Positions 18,197-26,812 of a DNA stretch of 28,564 bases are shown here, piece by piece. The stretch is taken from positions 1 through 28,564 of IMG/VR virus record IMGVR_UViG_3300030098_000476. One strand, given 5' to 3'. Source of the stretch: a virus. Its lineage: Duplodnaviria > Caudoviricetes. Position numbers and translations under genes: made by a program. Below the pieces are notes generated by a model, which did not search any database, had not been told where the DNA came from, and saw only the letters and a list, made by a program, of their open reading frames with translations. Each line of letters starts with the position of its first letter. Position 1 is the first letter of the stretch.

Positions 18197-18456
18197 GCGA
18201 ATATTGGGTACTCAAAGGGTGCTATGATGCAGTATCTGTTCATGATTATAATACTGATACTAAATGTGTTGATTATAGAATGTCAGGAGGTAGTGTTGTA
18301 GTTGTAGGAACTAAAGAACAGATTAGAGATAAATTCAGATATATGTTAAGAAACCACGGCTGGCAATTAAGAGATAGCTTTGCTATTGACACAAGACCTG
18401 AATGGTTAAAAATATATAATGATAAAAAAGAATGTCTAATTTTAAATGCAAGATAA
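18184..18456 (+). CDS. Early hypothetical protein
   Basis: 90 aa, overlaps both neighbours. Confidence 0.6.
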   Translation: MELLSEYWVLKGCYDAVSVHDYNTDTKCVDYRMSGGSVVVVGTKEQIRDKFRYMLRNHGWQLRDSFAIDTRPEWLKIYNDKKECLILNAR

Positions 18457-18662
18457 TGGCAAAAGAAACTGAAATAATAAAAAGAATGAATGATATAAAC
18501 ACATTCCAAGCACACGAAAACGAAGTATGCCTAAGAGGAACAGATGAATATGGCAAAGACTTTACAGTTTGGTGGGATAGTTACGACTTCATAAATTGGA
18601 TAGACAAAGAACAATTAGATTATATTAAAGAACAATTAACTAAATACATACAAGAGAAATGA
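18456..18662 (+). CDS. Early hypothetical protein
   Basis: Probable start MAKETE via a TAATG overlap. Confidence 0.6.
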   Translation: MAKETEIIKRMNDINTFQAHENEVCLRGTDEYGKDFTVWWDSYDFINWIDKEQLDYIKEQLTKYIQEK

Positions 18663-18958
18663 AAACAACAATAAGTTTATACGAATTTAGAAGATGGTTT
18701 GAAATGCACAGACCAAACAATTTTAGCTATGATGGTCTTAATGCTTTATATGATATGCTAACTAGCTATGAAGAAGATACAGGAGAAGAAATAGAATACG
18801 ACCCAATAGCGTTCTGTTGTCAATATACAGAATATGATAATATAGCAGAATTTTGGTTAGATTATAACCAAGAAGATTATCCTGATGAAGCAGCTATAAT
18901 GAATGTTACATCTTATTGGGCATTTGGAGATGAATCTTTTATAATACGACAATTTTAA
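18659..18958 (+). CDS. Acidic early hypothetical protein
   Basis: 99 aa; NNFSYDGLNALYD and EYDPIAFCCQYTEY motifs; Asp/Glu-rich. Confidence 0.65.
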   Translation: MKTTISLYEFRRWFEMHRPNNFSYDGLNALYDMLTSYEEDTGEEIEYDPIAFCCQYTEYDNIAEFWLDYNQEDYPDEAAIMNVTSYWAFGDESFIIRQF

Positions 18959-19005
18959 TTCAAATAATTTTTATATTTTTAACAAAATTTTAAACATAAA
19001 CAGAA

Positions 19006-19398
19006 ATGAAAAGAGAACTATTAAAACAAAAGTACGAGAAGTACGAACTAACTGCTGACGATGTTTTTAAACATCAGCATTACATTATTATCACAAGAAG
19101 TGGTATAGAAAAAATTCAAGCATTAGAAAACATACATATTAATTATGATGTAATAAAATGCGAGCCGAACTTTGCTTCAGTCAAAGCAACAGCAATAAAA
19201 GAAACAAATACTATACAGACATTTGGTTCAGCTTTAAAGGGTAACAGCTTTAAAGATGGTAATACTAATACTTGGTATGTTTTAGAGATGGCAGAAAAAA
19301 GAGCAATGTCAAGAGCAGTATTGAAGCTGACAGGATTCTATGAGCTAGGTGTATTTGGCGAAGATGAAGCAGAAGATTTTAAAAAGAGTAATAACTAA
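19006..19398 (+). CDS. Putative single-strand annealing protein (Rad52/Sak-like)
   Basis: TFGSA..MAEKRAMSRAVL motif, acidic tail, next to an SSB-like gene. Confidence 0.5.
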   Translation: MKRELLKQKYEKYELTADDVFKHQHYIIITRSGIEKIQALENIHINYDVIKCEPNFASVKATAIKETNTIQTFGSALKGNSFKDGNTNTWYVLEMAEKRAMSRAVLKLTGFYELGVFGEDEAEDFKKSNN

Positions 19399-19410
19399 AT
19401 AATAAATAAA

Positions 19411-19746
19411 ATGAGCTTAACAATTAACGGAACAATTAAAAAGATTCTAGAACTAGAACAAGGAACTTCTAAGTCAGGAAAAGAATGGCAAAAACAAAAC
19501 GTAATAATAGAACAAAACGTTGATAGAGATTGGAACAAAGATGTTGTAATCAGTGCTTTTGGCGTAGATAAAATTAATCAATTAAATAAATTCAGCGAAG
19601 GAGATACAATTGACATTATGTGTAATGTATATTCAAGAGAATACAACGGAAGATATTACACAAGTTTAGATGGATATTGGTTCGCTAATAAAAATGCTGA
19701 AGTACATAAAAACATACAAGAAGATGAAAACGACCTCCCTTTTTAA
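19411..19746 (+). CDS. SSB-like protein (DUF3127-like)
   Basis: GTSKSGKEWQKQ, SREYNGRYYT and C-terminal NDLPF tail. Confidence 0.75.
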   Translation: MSLTINGTIKKILELEQGTSKSGKEWQKQNVIIEQNVDRDWNKDVVISAFGVDKINQLNKFSEGDTIDIMCNVYSREYNGRYYTSLDGYWFANKNAEVHKNIQEDENDLPF

Positions 19747-19747
19747 A

Positions 19748-20257
19748 GTGCAGCAGCAAGAATACTTTGATGCATTATGCCAAATGACAACAAATATGTT
19801 ACAATTACCTGAGGGTTCTTTAGCATCTAGGTCTAGGAAAAAGCACCTGCAATTACCTAGAATGGTTGTAAGCGTTGTTGCAAGTATGGTAGATGAAACA
19901 CATTACAACGTTATTGCAAAAGGTATTAATAGAGATAGAACCTGTATCAATTATTATGTCAATATGCACAAATCTAATTACAGAACATATCCTGAATATA
20001 GAGATTTATTCAATAAGATATATGATAAATACGATAATATAAAAAAATCAAAAAAAACTTTTGAGGATATTATCGAACTCAGAAATCATTTATCTGCTCA
20101 TGGTGTAATTAGTAGTGAAAAGAAACAAGTATTGATTAAAGTTACATCAGGTAAAGTTAGCGTAAATATAAAAACTACATACGCAGATTTTTCCAATACG
20201 TTAGAAAAGATTAATTTTGCTCTTACAGATTGTAACTATAAATTACACATACGATGA
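19748..20257 (+). CDS. DNA-binding protein with a DnaA C-terminal-like HTH
   Basis: SRSRKKHLQLPRMV..IAKGINRDRTCINY resembles DnaA domain IV. Start uncertain (GTG 19748, or ATG 19724/19670). Confidence 0.55.
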   Translation: MQQQEYFDALCQMTTNMLQLPEGSLASRSRKKHLQLPRMVVSVVASMVDETHYNVIAKGINRDRTCINYYVNMHKSNYRTYPEYRDLFNKIYDKYDNIKKSKKTFEDIIELRNHLSAHGVISSEKKQVLIKVTSGKVSVNIKTTYADFSNTLEKINFALTDCNYKLHIR

Positions 20258-20871
20258 AACACTTATTGAGCAGTACAGCTTTTTTGGTTTTGAATAAAGG
20301 GTTAGCAAGACAAATAGGATTGAAAGCAGCAGTCCTACTTGCTGACCTTATTTCAAAGGAAGAATACTTTATTGCTAATGGTATGACAGACGGTTGGTTT
20401 TTTAACACTGAAGCCAATATAGAAGAAGATACAACACTTAACTCATATCATCAAAGAAAGTGTCTTAAAACTCTTAAGGACAAAGGATTAATACAAGTTA
20501 AGCGTAAAGGTATACCTGCGAAACAGTATTTTAAAATAAATGAAGAACAAGTCCTTCAAATTTTAAACAACTTGTCAGTTAAAAATTATACATCTATTAA
20601 TAAGAATAAAATAATAACAATAAAAAATAAATACTTTAAAAAGCCAAAATTGGAAGAAGTTTTAGAATATTGTTTAGAGCGTAATAATAATATAGATGCA
20701 GAATCTTTTATAAACTTTTATGAAAGTAAAGATTGGAAAATAGGAAAAAACAAAATGAAAGATTGGAAAGCAGCAGTAAGAACTTGGGAAAAAAGAAAAC
20801 AAAACAAGCCAACAATGTCAAAACTTGATAGTCAGATAAGTGCTTGGCAAGAAGCAAAAAAATTATTATGA
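20254..20871 (+). CDS. Replication initiator/replisome organiser
   Basis: N-terminal winged HTH (LKDKGLIQVKRKGIPAKQYF), low-complexity linker, C-terminal FINFYESKDW..KMKDWKAAVRTWE. Confidence 0.7.
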   Translation: MKHLLSSTAFLVLNKGLARQIGLKAAVLLADLISKEEYFIANGMTDGWFFNTEANIEEDTTLNSYHQRKCLKTLKDKGLIQVKRKGIPAKQYFKINEEQVLQILNNLSVKNYTSINKNKIITIKNKYFKKPKLEEVLEYCLERNNNIDAESFINFYESKDWKIGKNKMKDWKAAVRTWEKRKQNKPTMSKLDSQISAWQEAKKLL

Positions 20872-21230
20872 AATATCTAAGTCAAGAGAACATACAAGAA
20901 TTAACTGAAAAGGTATTAGACCTATTAGCAAAAACATCAGTAGAAATAGGACATAAAACAGATGCAAAAACTTTGGCAAGTTTGAGTAAAATATTTGCAG
21001 TTGATTTACAAAAAGAAACTAGATTCAAAAAATTAACGTTTAATCAAATAGAAGATGCGTTTCATATTGGCGTAAGGTTCGGTAAAGATGAACCATATAT
21101 GAACATAAGAACTTTTTACAAATGGGTATATGCCCATAAAAAAACAATAGACGAAGCGTATTACAAAGTACACACATTAAAACAAAAAAATGTATTATAT
21201 TATCAAGAACCAATAAAATTAATAAAATGA
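20868..21230 (+). CDS. Hypothetical protein, possible helicase loader
   Basis: ATGA-coupled to the initiator; function inferred from position only. Confidence 0.45.
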   Translation: MKYLSQENIQELTEKVLDLLAKTSVEIGHKTDAKTLASLSKIFAVDLQKETRFKKLTFNQIEDAFHIGVRFGKDEPYMNIRTFYKWVYAHKKTIDEAYYKVHTLKQKNVLYYQEPIKLIK

Positions 21231-21286
21231 TAGGATGGGTAATAATAACCGCAATAGTAATGTGGATAATCAGAGAACTGAAATAA
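21227..21286 (+). CDS. 19-aa membrane peptide (MIGWVIITAIVMWIIRELK)
   Basis: ATGA overlap with the previous stop; single hydrophobic helix; not in the ORF track. Confidence 0.4.
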   Translation: MIGWVIITAIVMWIIRELK

Positions 21287-21303
21287 TAACTAAATTTAAA
21301 GAA

Positions 21304-21630
21304 ATGAAAAAAATACTTATTACAGAAAATCAGGTTAAAAGCCAATCAGATGCTATATTATGGCACTTGAAAAGGTATGGTAACATAACAAGTTATGAAG
21401 CTATCAAAGAATACGGAGCTACTAGGCTATCAGGTATTATATTTAACCATAGAAAAAATGGTTATAAAATAGATAGCATACCTATACACAGGAAAACTAG
21501 ATTTGGAAGAACTGTTACATTATCTAAATATGTATATAATGAACCTAATAAAGAAATGAATTTATTTAAGAGTTGTGAGGTATACAATAGTACAAAGCCA
21601 TATACAATAGGTGGTTACGATGAATATTAA
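21304..21630 (+). CDS. Winged helix-turn-helix protein
   Basis: ILWHLKRYGNITSYEAIKEYGATRLSGIIFNHRKNGYKI; probable start 21304. Confidence 0.7.
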   Translation: MKKILITENQVKSQSDAILWHLKRYGNITSYEAIKEYGATRLSGIIFNHRKNGYKIDSIPIHRKTRFGRTVTLSKYVYNEPNKEMNLFKSCEVYNSTKPYTIGGYDEY

Positions 21631-21633
21631 CAA

Positions 21634-21699
21634 AAGGGGGTAGTAATTGAAACTTATAACAATGAGCGGTTATACTTTGTGGATTTTACGTTCCCCCTT
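21634..21699. other. Long interrupted intergenic hairpin
   Basis: AAGGGGG/CCCCCTT, GTAA/TTAC and TATAAC/GTTATA nested stems. Confidence 0.55.
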
Positions 21700-21704
21700 A
21701 TATT

Positions 21705-21923
21705 ATGAAAATTAATTATAGAAAATTATACGAAAAAAAATATGGTAAAATACCAAATAAATGGGAAGTTCACCATATAGATTTTAATCACAATAATAAC
21801 AATGTTGATAATTTAATTGCTGTACCATCTGTAGTTCACGTTGTTATACATCAAAGTGGTTATATTCCGAGAGATGAAATAGAAAATCTAATACAAATAT
21901 ATGAAGACAATAAACAAACTTAA
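21705..21923 (+). CDS. Small HNH endonuclease-domain protein
   Basis: EVHHIDFNHNNN..DNL..H...H motif. Confidence 0.8.
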   Translation: MKINYRKLYEKKYGKIPNKWEVHHIDFNHNNNNVDNLIAVPSVVHVVIHQSGYIPRDEIENLIQIYEDNKQT

Positions 21924-22308
21924 AAAAGAGCTTGATAAATGGTTCAGTCTTTATATACGTTTGCGTGATGCGAATGAATATGGTATGGTACAATGTTTCA
22001 CTTGTGGTATAGTCAAGCCATACAATAGAGGAATGCAATGCGGACATTTTCAAAGCCGAACACACCTCTCAACAAGATTTGATGAACAGAATTGTCAACC
22101 TCAATGCGTAGGCTGCAATATGTTCAAGCAAGGCGAACAATACAAGTTTTCATTACAATTAGATGCTAAATATGGCGAAGGAACAGCACAAGAACTACAA
22201 TTTTTTGCACATCAAACAGTAAAGTTTACTAGAGTAGATTATCAAGAAAAGATAAGTTATTACAAATCTGTTGTTAATAAATTGAAAAAAGATAAGATTT
22301 TAGAGTAA
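21901..22308 (+). CDS. NinG/Rap-like recombination nuclease
   Basis: FSLYIRLRD, CFTCG, CGHF.SR, TRFDEQNC..QCVGCN motifs. Confidence 0.8.
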   Translation: MKTINKLKKELDKWFSLYIRLRDANEYGMVQCFTCGIVKPYNRGMQCGHFQSRTHLSTRFDEQNCQPQCVGCNMFKQGEQYKFSLQLDAKYGEGTAQELQFFAHQTVKFTRVDYQEKISYYKSVVNKLKKDKILE

Positions 22309-22317
22309 CTTTTTTTT

Positions 22318-22325
22318 TACCTTTG
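22318..22325 (+). promoter_or_regulatory. Bacteroidota -7 promoter element
   Basis: TACCTTTG in the intergenic gap, 4 nt before ATG 22330; no clear -33 box. Confidence 0.5.
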
Positions 22326-22329
22326 GCGT

Positions 22330-22686
22330 ATGAATGTTGCTATATACGCAAACGAACAACACAAACAAGCAGTTGAAACATATCTCAACTTTTGTGATGA
22401 ATTTGTTAATGAAGTAAGCAACAAAACAAGATACGACAATTACAAAGAAGTTTTAGATGTTATAATTGAATATCATAATAATTATGGCAAAGGTAAACGA
22501 GAAAATAATTATTGGGATTGGCTGATGATTATACCTATTAATGTATCAGTTATGACACAGGGATATTTCGCAGGTATAGAAACAAAAAGAAATACAGCAA
22601 AAATAAGAGCATACAGAGTTGTTTTAGCAGAAATGCTTGAACAGCTAATTGATAAAATAGAAAAACTCGAACCAACTGATGAATGA
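22330..22686 (+). CDS. Hypothetical protein
   Basis: 118 aa ORF coupled to the sigma-like gene. Confidence 0.6.
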   Translation: MNVAIYANEQHKQAVETYLNFCDEFVNEVSNKTRYDNYKEVLDVIIEYHNNYGKGKRENNYWDWLMIIPINVSVMTQGYFAGIETKRNTAKIRAYRVVLAEMLEQLIDKIEKLEPTDE

Positions 22687-23251
22687 TATTTACATTGAAA
22701 TATCTAAATTGTCAGACAAGTTCAGAGAAATGTGTTACGGTATTACAAATGACAAAGAAGATATTGACAATGTAGTACAAGAATTGATGCTTTATTTCTT
22801 ACAGATGAATCCTGATACTATAAAAAAAATATGGTTACAAGACGGACAAAAAGGAATAATAAGATATGGTGCGGTTGTAATCAGAAGGGCATTAACATGT
22901 AAAAACAATGCGTTCTATTATAAATACAAAAAGTACAATACACATCTTGATAGCAGTATTCACGTTAGTAGTATTACTACTGATTTTAATTATGTATATG
23001 ACCATCGTATTAATTATAAAACTTTGGAAAATATTCCAGAAGAAACTCAAACAGACAAATCATATTATTTTAAAGAAATAGACGATGCTCTTGAACAATT
23101 AAATTGGTATGATAAAAAAATATTTGAATTATATTATTACGAAGGTAATACTCTAGATAGTCTTGCAAAAAAAACAAAAATCAGTAGGAACAGTTTATTT
23201 ACTACAATAGACAAAGTAAGGAACATTCTTAAAATTAAATTAAATGAGTAA
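22679..23251 (+). CDS. Phage RNA polymerase sigma-70/ECF-like factor
   Basis: Region 2-like DIDNVVQELMLYFL; region 4-like LEQLNWYDKKIFELYYYEGNTLDSLAKKTKISRNSL. Confidence 0.7.
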   Translation: MNDIYIEISKLSDKFREMCYGITNDKEDIDNVVQELMLYFLQMNPDTIKKIWLQDGQKGIIRYGAVVIRRALTCKNNAFYYKYKKYNTHLDSSIHVSSITTDFNYVYDHRINYKTLENIPEETQTDKSYYFKEIDDALEQLNWYDKKIFELYYYEGNTLDSLAKKTKISRNSLFTTIDKVRNILKIKLNE

Positions 23252-23351
23252 AGTAAAATTATACAATCCTGTAAAGAATAATACTTGGGTAATGATGTTT
23301 GGCTTTGAAGCACCAAAAGATTATAAATACAAAAGAAGATGGACTAAATGA
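23244..23351 (+). CDS. Small hypothetical protein, 35 aa
   Basis: MSKVKLYNPVKNNTWVMMFGFEAPKDYKYKRRWTK; overlaps both neighbours; not in the ORF track. Confidence 0.5.
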   Translation: MSKVKLYNPVKNNTWVMMFGFEAPKDYKYKRRWTK

Positions 23352-23755
23352 GATTTTTTGTACCTGATAACATATATCAAGATAGAATAACAATATGCAA
23401 ATCTTGTGAACATTATTTGAGCCTACTAGGTAATTGTGGTATATGCAAATGTTTCATGAAAATAAAAGCACGATTAGCACCTATGGAATGTGCAGATAAT
23501 CCTAAGAAGTGGGAAAAAACTACAGATATTGAAGTGCCTGATGATTTACCTGAAGATGTAATAGAAGAAATAAAAAATGTATGGCAAGATATACAATCAG
23601 GAGTTGCAAGTCATGTAGAAGCAAAAAGAAAAATGGTTGAATTGTATAACGCAATATACAATACAAGTTACAATCCTAATACTAATTGTGGGTCTTGCTT
23701 ATCTGCTTGTCGTGATGGAATACAAAAATTATATAATAAATACAATACAGAATGA
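23348..23755 (+). CDS. Cys-rich putative metal-binding protein
   Basis: ICKSC, CGICKC, MEC..KKW and NCGSC motifs. Confidence 0.65.
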   Translation: MRFFVPDNIYQDRITICKSCEHYLSLLGNCGICKCFMKIKARLAPMECADNPKKWEKTTDIEVPDDLPEDVIEEIKNVWQDIQSGVASHVEAKRKMVELYNAIYNTSYNPNTNCGSCLSACRDGIQKLYNKYNTE

Positions 23756-23904
23756 TGAAATACGCACTTATAGTAATGGCGATTATTGCCTTAATATTTT
23801 TATTTGCAGCAATTATGATTGAAGCAGCATTTAAAAAACATGAAAGAAATAAATTCTATAAAAACTTAAATAAACATAATAATGAACGAAAAAGACATTC
23901 CTGA
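23752..23904 (+). CDS. Small membrane protein, 50 aa
   Basis: MMKYALIVMAIIALIFLFAAIMIEAAFKK...; ATGA overlap with the previous gene. Confidence 0.5.
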   Translation: MMKYALIVMAIIALIFLFAAIMIEAAFKKHERNKFYKNLNKHNNERKRHS

Positions 23905-24100
23905 ATACTACAAAGGTGCTAATGGCTATATGGCAATAGATGTCGTGCAAAACTTTGACCTTACATATAATATAGGAACAGCAGTAACATATTTACTCAG
24001 AAGTAAGAATAAACATGATGATGGTGGAATACAAGATATTAAAAAAGCTATAAATCATTTACATTTTGAACTAGATAGATTGTATAATGACAATATATAA
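23882..24100 (+). CDS. DUF3310/SaV-like protein
   Basis: PEYY..AIDV..YNIGTAVTYLLR..K..QDIKKA..L motif. Confidence 0.7.
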   Translation: MNEKDIPEYYKGANGYMAIDVVQNFDLTYNIGTAVTYLLRSKNKHDDGGIQDIKKAINHLHFELDRLYNDNI

Positions 24101-24347
24101 ATGCGAATGCTGTAAAGAAACAAAAGAAGTAGGTAAAGCTACTATCGTACACAGAGAAGGTAAATGGGTATGCAAAGAAGCTGTATGCAGTTGTGGTAAA
24201 TATATGGACAGTGAACCTGAAGATGGAATACCTAATTTACACAGAACAGAAGAATCACTTAGTAGAAATAAGAAACGTGATTACCTTTGGGATAGTGCAA
24301 AAGAAAAACTAGTAGGAGAAAGAGGTATAAACGAGGACTTTAAATAA
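24087..24347 (+). CDS. Zn-ribbon hypothetical protein
   Basis: YKCECC..CSCGKYM. Confidence 0.6.
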   Translation: MTIYKCECCKETKEVGKATIVHREGKWVCKEAVCSCGKYMDSEPEDGIPNLHRTEESLSRNKKRDYLWDSAKEKLVGERGINEDFK

Positions 24348-24370
24348 AAATCAAATAAATACATTATATA
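24341..24370 (+). promoter_or_regulatory. Putative phage late promoter, copy 4
   Basis: TAAATA-N13-TACATTATATA, 2 nt before ATG 24373. Confidence 0.7.
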
Positions 24371-24372
24371 CT

Positions 24373-24933
24373 ATGAAGATAAAAATAAGCAAATTAAAAC
24401 CAAACGAAAGTAATCCTAGAATAATAAAAGAACCTAAGTTCAGGAAGTTAGTACAAAGCATAAAAGACTTCCCTGAAATGTTAGATTTACGACCTATTGT
24501 TGTTGATGAGGAAATGACAATACTAGGAGGTAATATGCGTTACAAAGCATGTATACAAGCAGGAATCAAAGAAGTGCCTATCAAGATTGCTGAAGGATTG
24601 ACTGATGAACAAAAAAGCGAATTTATTGTAAAAGATAATGTAGGATTCGGTGAATGGGATTGGGATAGTTTAGGTAATGATTGGGATAATGTAAAACTAG
24701 GCGAATGGGGTATGGATGTATGGCAACCTGAAGAAGCAGTTGATTATTCTGTATTAGATGATATAGATTTAGGAGATACATTAGAAGATAAAACAGCAGG
24801 AGTAAAAAGAGCAATCTGTATAGAATTTGATACTTTGATATATGATGAAGCTAGTGAATTAATAAAAAAATCTAGAGAAGAAGGTAATGATGTCGGAGCA
24901 ATAGTATTACAAGCATTTAAAAATGTATCATAA
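24373..24933 (+). CDS. ParB/Srx N-terminal domain protein
   Basis: LKPNESNPR..LVQSIKDF..RPIVVD..ILGGNMRYKA..DN..GEWD. Confidence 0.85.
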   Translation: MKIKISKLKPNESNPRIIKEPKFRKLVQSIKDFPEMLDLRPIVVDEEMTILGGNMRYKACIQAGIKEVPIKIAEGLTDEQKSEFIVKDNVGFGEWDWDSLGNDWDNVKLGEWGMDVWQPEEAVDYSVLDDIDLGDTLEDKTAGVKRAICIEFDTLIYDEASELIKKSREEGNDVGAIVLQAFKNVS

Positions 24934-25651
24934 AGAACTCGATATATATTGTAGTTGTATATCTACAAACAGACCTGATAATGTGAAAGCACTTGAAGAA
25001 AAAACAGGTTTAAAATTTACTTATTATACAAGAGTAAATGAATCTGAAACATATTTAAAAGAAGGAGCAAGTAAAGTTGTAGAAGTTGATGGTAATATAT
25101 GCGTAGCTAGAAATCAAGCTATAAAAGATGCGCAAGGTAAATTATGTTTACAAATATCTGATGACTATAAAAAAGTAAACCTAGTTATTGGCAACAACGG
25201 AACATACAGAAAAAAAGAAATATCATTTTTGAAAGCTATACAAATAATGGTAGATAATTTTAAAAAATTAAAAGGTAGTTACGCAGGAACAGCAATAACA
25301 GATAACTTGTTTTATTATACAGGTAAGCAAGTTCAACAAAATAAATTAATTGTAAATGATTGTATAATAGTAGACGGTAAAATGTTATTTGATGAGAAAG
25401 CAGATTTAAAAGAAGACTACGATATGTTCATAAGACAAGTTCAAGCAGGAAACAGAGTTTTGCGTTTTAATCTTCTTCTAATGACATTTCCGCATAGAGG
25501 TAACAAAGGTGGTGCAAATGATTATAGAACTTCAGAGAGAGAGTCTAAATGCAATAAATACATATTACAAAAACATTATGGTATTGTAAAACCGCATAGT
25601 CGTAGAGAAAATCAACTAGAAATAGATTACAAAAAATTATTAAAAAAATGA
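24923..25651 (+). CDS. TET-associated glycosyltransferase-like (GT-A) protein
   Basis: STNRP, ARN, LQISDD, FDE..KEDYD and NKGG motifs; coupled to a TET/JBP gene. Confidence 0.65.
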   Translation: MYHKELDIYCSCISTNRPDNVKALEEKTGLKFTYYTRVNESETYLKEGASKVVEVDGNICVARNQAIKDAQGKLCLQISDDYKKVNLVIGNNGTYRKKEISFLKAIQIMVDNFKKLKGSYAGTAITDNLFYYTGKQVQQNKLIVNDCIIVDGKMLFDEKADLKEDYDMFIRQVQAGNRVLRFNLLLMTFPHRGNKGGANDYRTSERESKCNKYILQKHYGIVKPHSRRENQLEIDYKKLLKK

Positions 25652-26457
25652 AAACACTTAAATTACAAAAAATAGAACACACTAGGAAAGTAGGTAATCG
25701 TTGTGAATATATAGAACCCAACGTAACTGAAAACTGTCTGTTAGAAGTTGATGGCGAAATAATAGGATTCTACATAAAAGATGTAGCTGAATATAGTGAA
25801 CGCATGAGCAAACTATTAGCAGTAGCAGACAAAGAGTTTAGAAGCGATAATGTGCCAAAGTCTTTATTAGAACGTAGTGATGTGTTCAGTAAAGTATATT
25901 CAGAAGGTATGACTCGTAAACAAGCAAAGAAAGAAGGAACAATACAGATGAGTGCAATATTAGGAAGCGTAGCACCAAAACCTCATATGCGTAGACCATA
26001 CCCTACAATATCAGCAGTACACAGAGATAAGAAAGCTCAGACATTCATCAAAGCAATGTGGGGTTGTTGTTTAGAAGCAGAACAAATCATCAAGAAACTA
26101 ACACCTGAAATATATAAAAGGCAAGTTGAATTATTTCAAGATATAAAAAAAGAATGGCGATTTGGTAATATGTATACAAGTAGTATATCTAATTTTAATA
26201 TCTCAGCACCTTTTCACAGAGATACAGGAAATATAGTAGGAACAGTAAACACAATACTCACAAAAAGAAACAATGCGAATGGTGGTTGTTTAAATGTGCC
26301 TGACTACGATGCAACCTTTGAACAAGCTGACAATTCAATGTTAGTATATCCTGCTTGGAAGAACGTACACGGAGTAACACCGATAAAACAAATCAGCGAA
26401 GATGGGTATAGAAATAGTTTGATATTCTATCCTCTCAAAGCATTTAAAGGAATATAG
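25648..26457 (+). CDS. TET/JBP-family 2-oxoglutarate Fe(II) dioxygenase
   Basis: H190-R-D192, GGCLNVP, H241 (VHGVTPI), R255 (YRNSLIFY). Confidence 0.8.
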   Translation: MKTLKLQKIEHTRKVGNRCEYIEPNVTENCLLEVDGEIIGFYIKDVAEYSERMSKLLAVADKEFRSDNVPKSLLERSDVFSKVYSEGMTRKQAKKEGTIQMSAILGSVAPKPHMRRPYPTISAVHRDKKAQTFIKAMWGCCLEAEQIIKKLTPEIYKRQVELFQDIKKEWRFGNMYTSSISNFNISAPFHRDTGNIVGTVNTILTKRNNANGGCLNVPDYDATFEQADNSMLVYPAWKNVHGVTPIKQISEDGYRNSLIFYPLKAFKGI

Positions 26458-26458
26458 A

Positions 26459-26812
26459 ATGAACAAAAGTAGACACATAAAAAAGGAAGCAATGCTACAA
26501 GCGTTAGAGAATAGTTTAGGAGTAGTAACAGTTGCTTGTAAACAAAGCGATACGCCACGAAGCACATATTACAAATGGTTAAAAGAAGATGAAGATTTTG
26601 CTAAGTCAGTTAAGGAAATAGAGAATATTGCATTAGACTTTGCTGAAAGCCAATTACATTCACAAATGAAAGATGGTAACACTTCAGCTACAATCTTCTA
26701 TTTGAAAACAAAAGGCAAGAAGCGAGGGTATATAGAACGTAGCGAGTTAGATTTAAGTTCAGGCGATGAGCCGATTAAAATTAACGTAAACATCAAAGGA
26801 GTTGAACATTAA
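26459..26812 (+). CDS. terS: Terminase small subunit
   Basis: HTH (RSTYYKWLKEDEDF), ATIFYLKTKGKKRGYIER; upstream of terL. Confidence 0.8.
   Translation: MNKSRHIKKEAMLQALENSLGVVTVACKQSDTPRSTYYKWLKEDEDFAKSVKEIENIALDFAESQLHSQMKDGNTSATIFYLKTKGKKRGYIERSELDLSSGDEPIKINVNIKGVEH

Noticed and set aside
20540-20640. Iteron origin inside the initiator gene
   Set aside because: The region is AT-rich but I found no convincing repeated iterons.
23637-23822. Plus-strand 61-aa ORF in the track
   Set aside because: It overlaps two better-supported genes in other frames.
24373-24933. ParB as evidence of a plasmid-prophage partition system
   Set aside because: No ParA and no HTH/centromere-binding region; the context is DNA modification and terminase.
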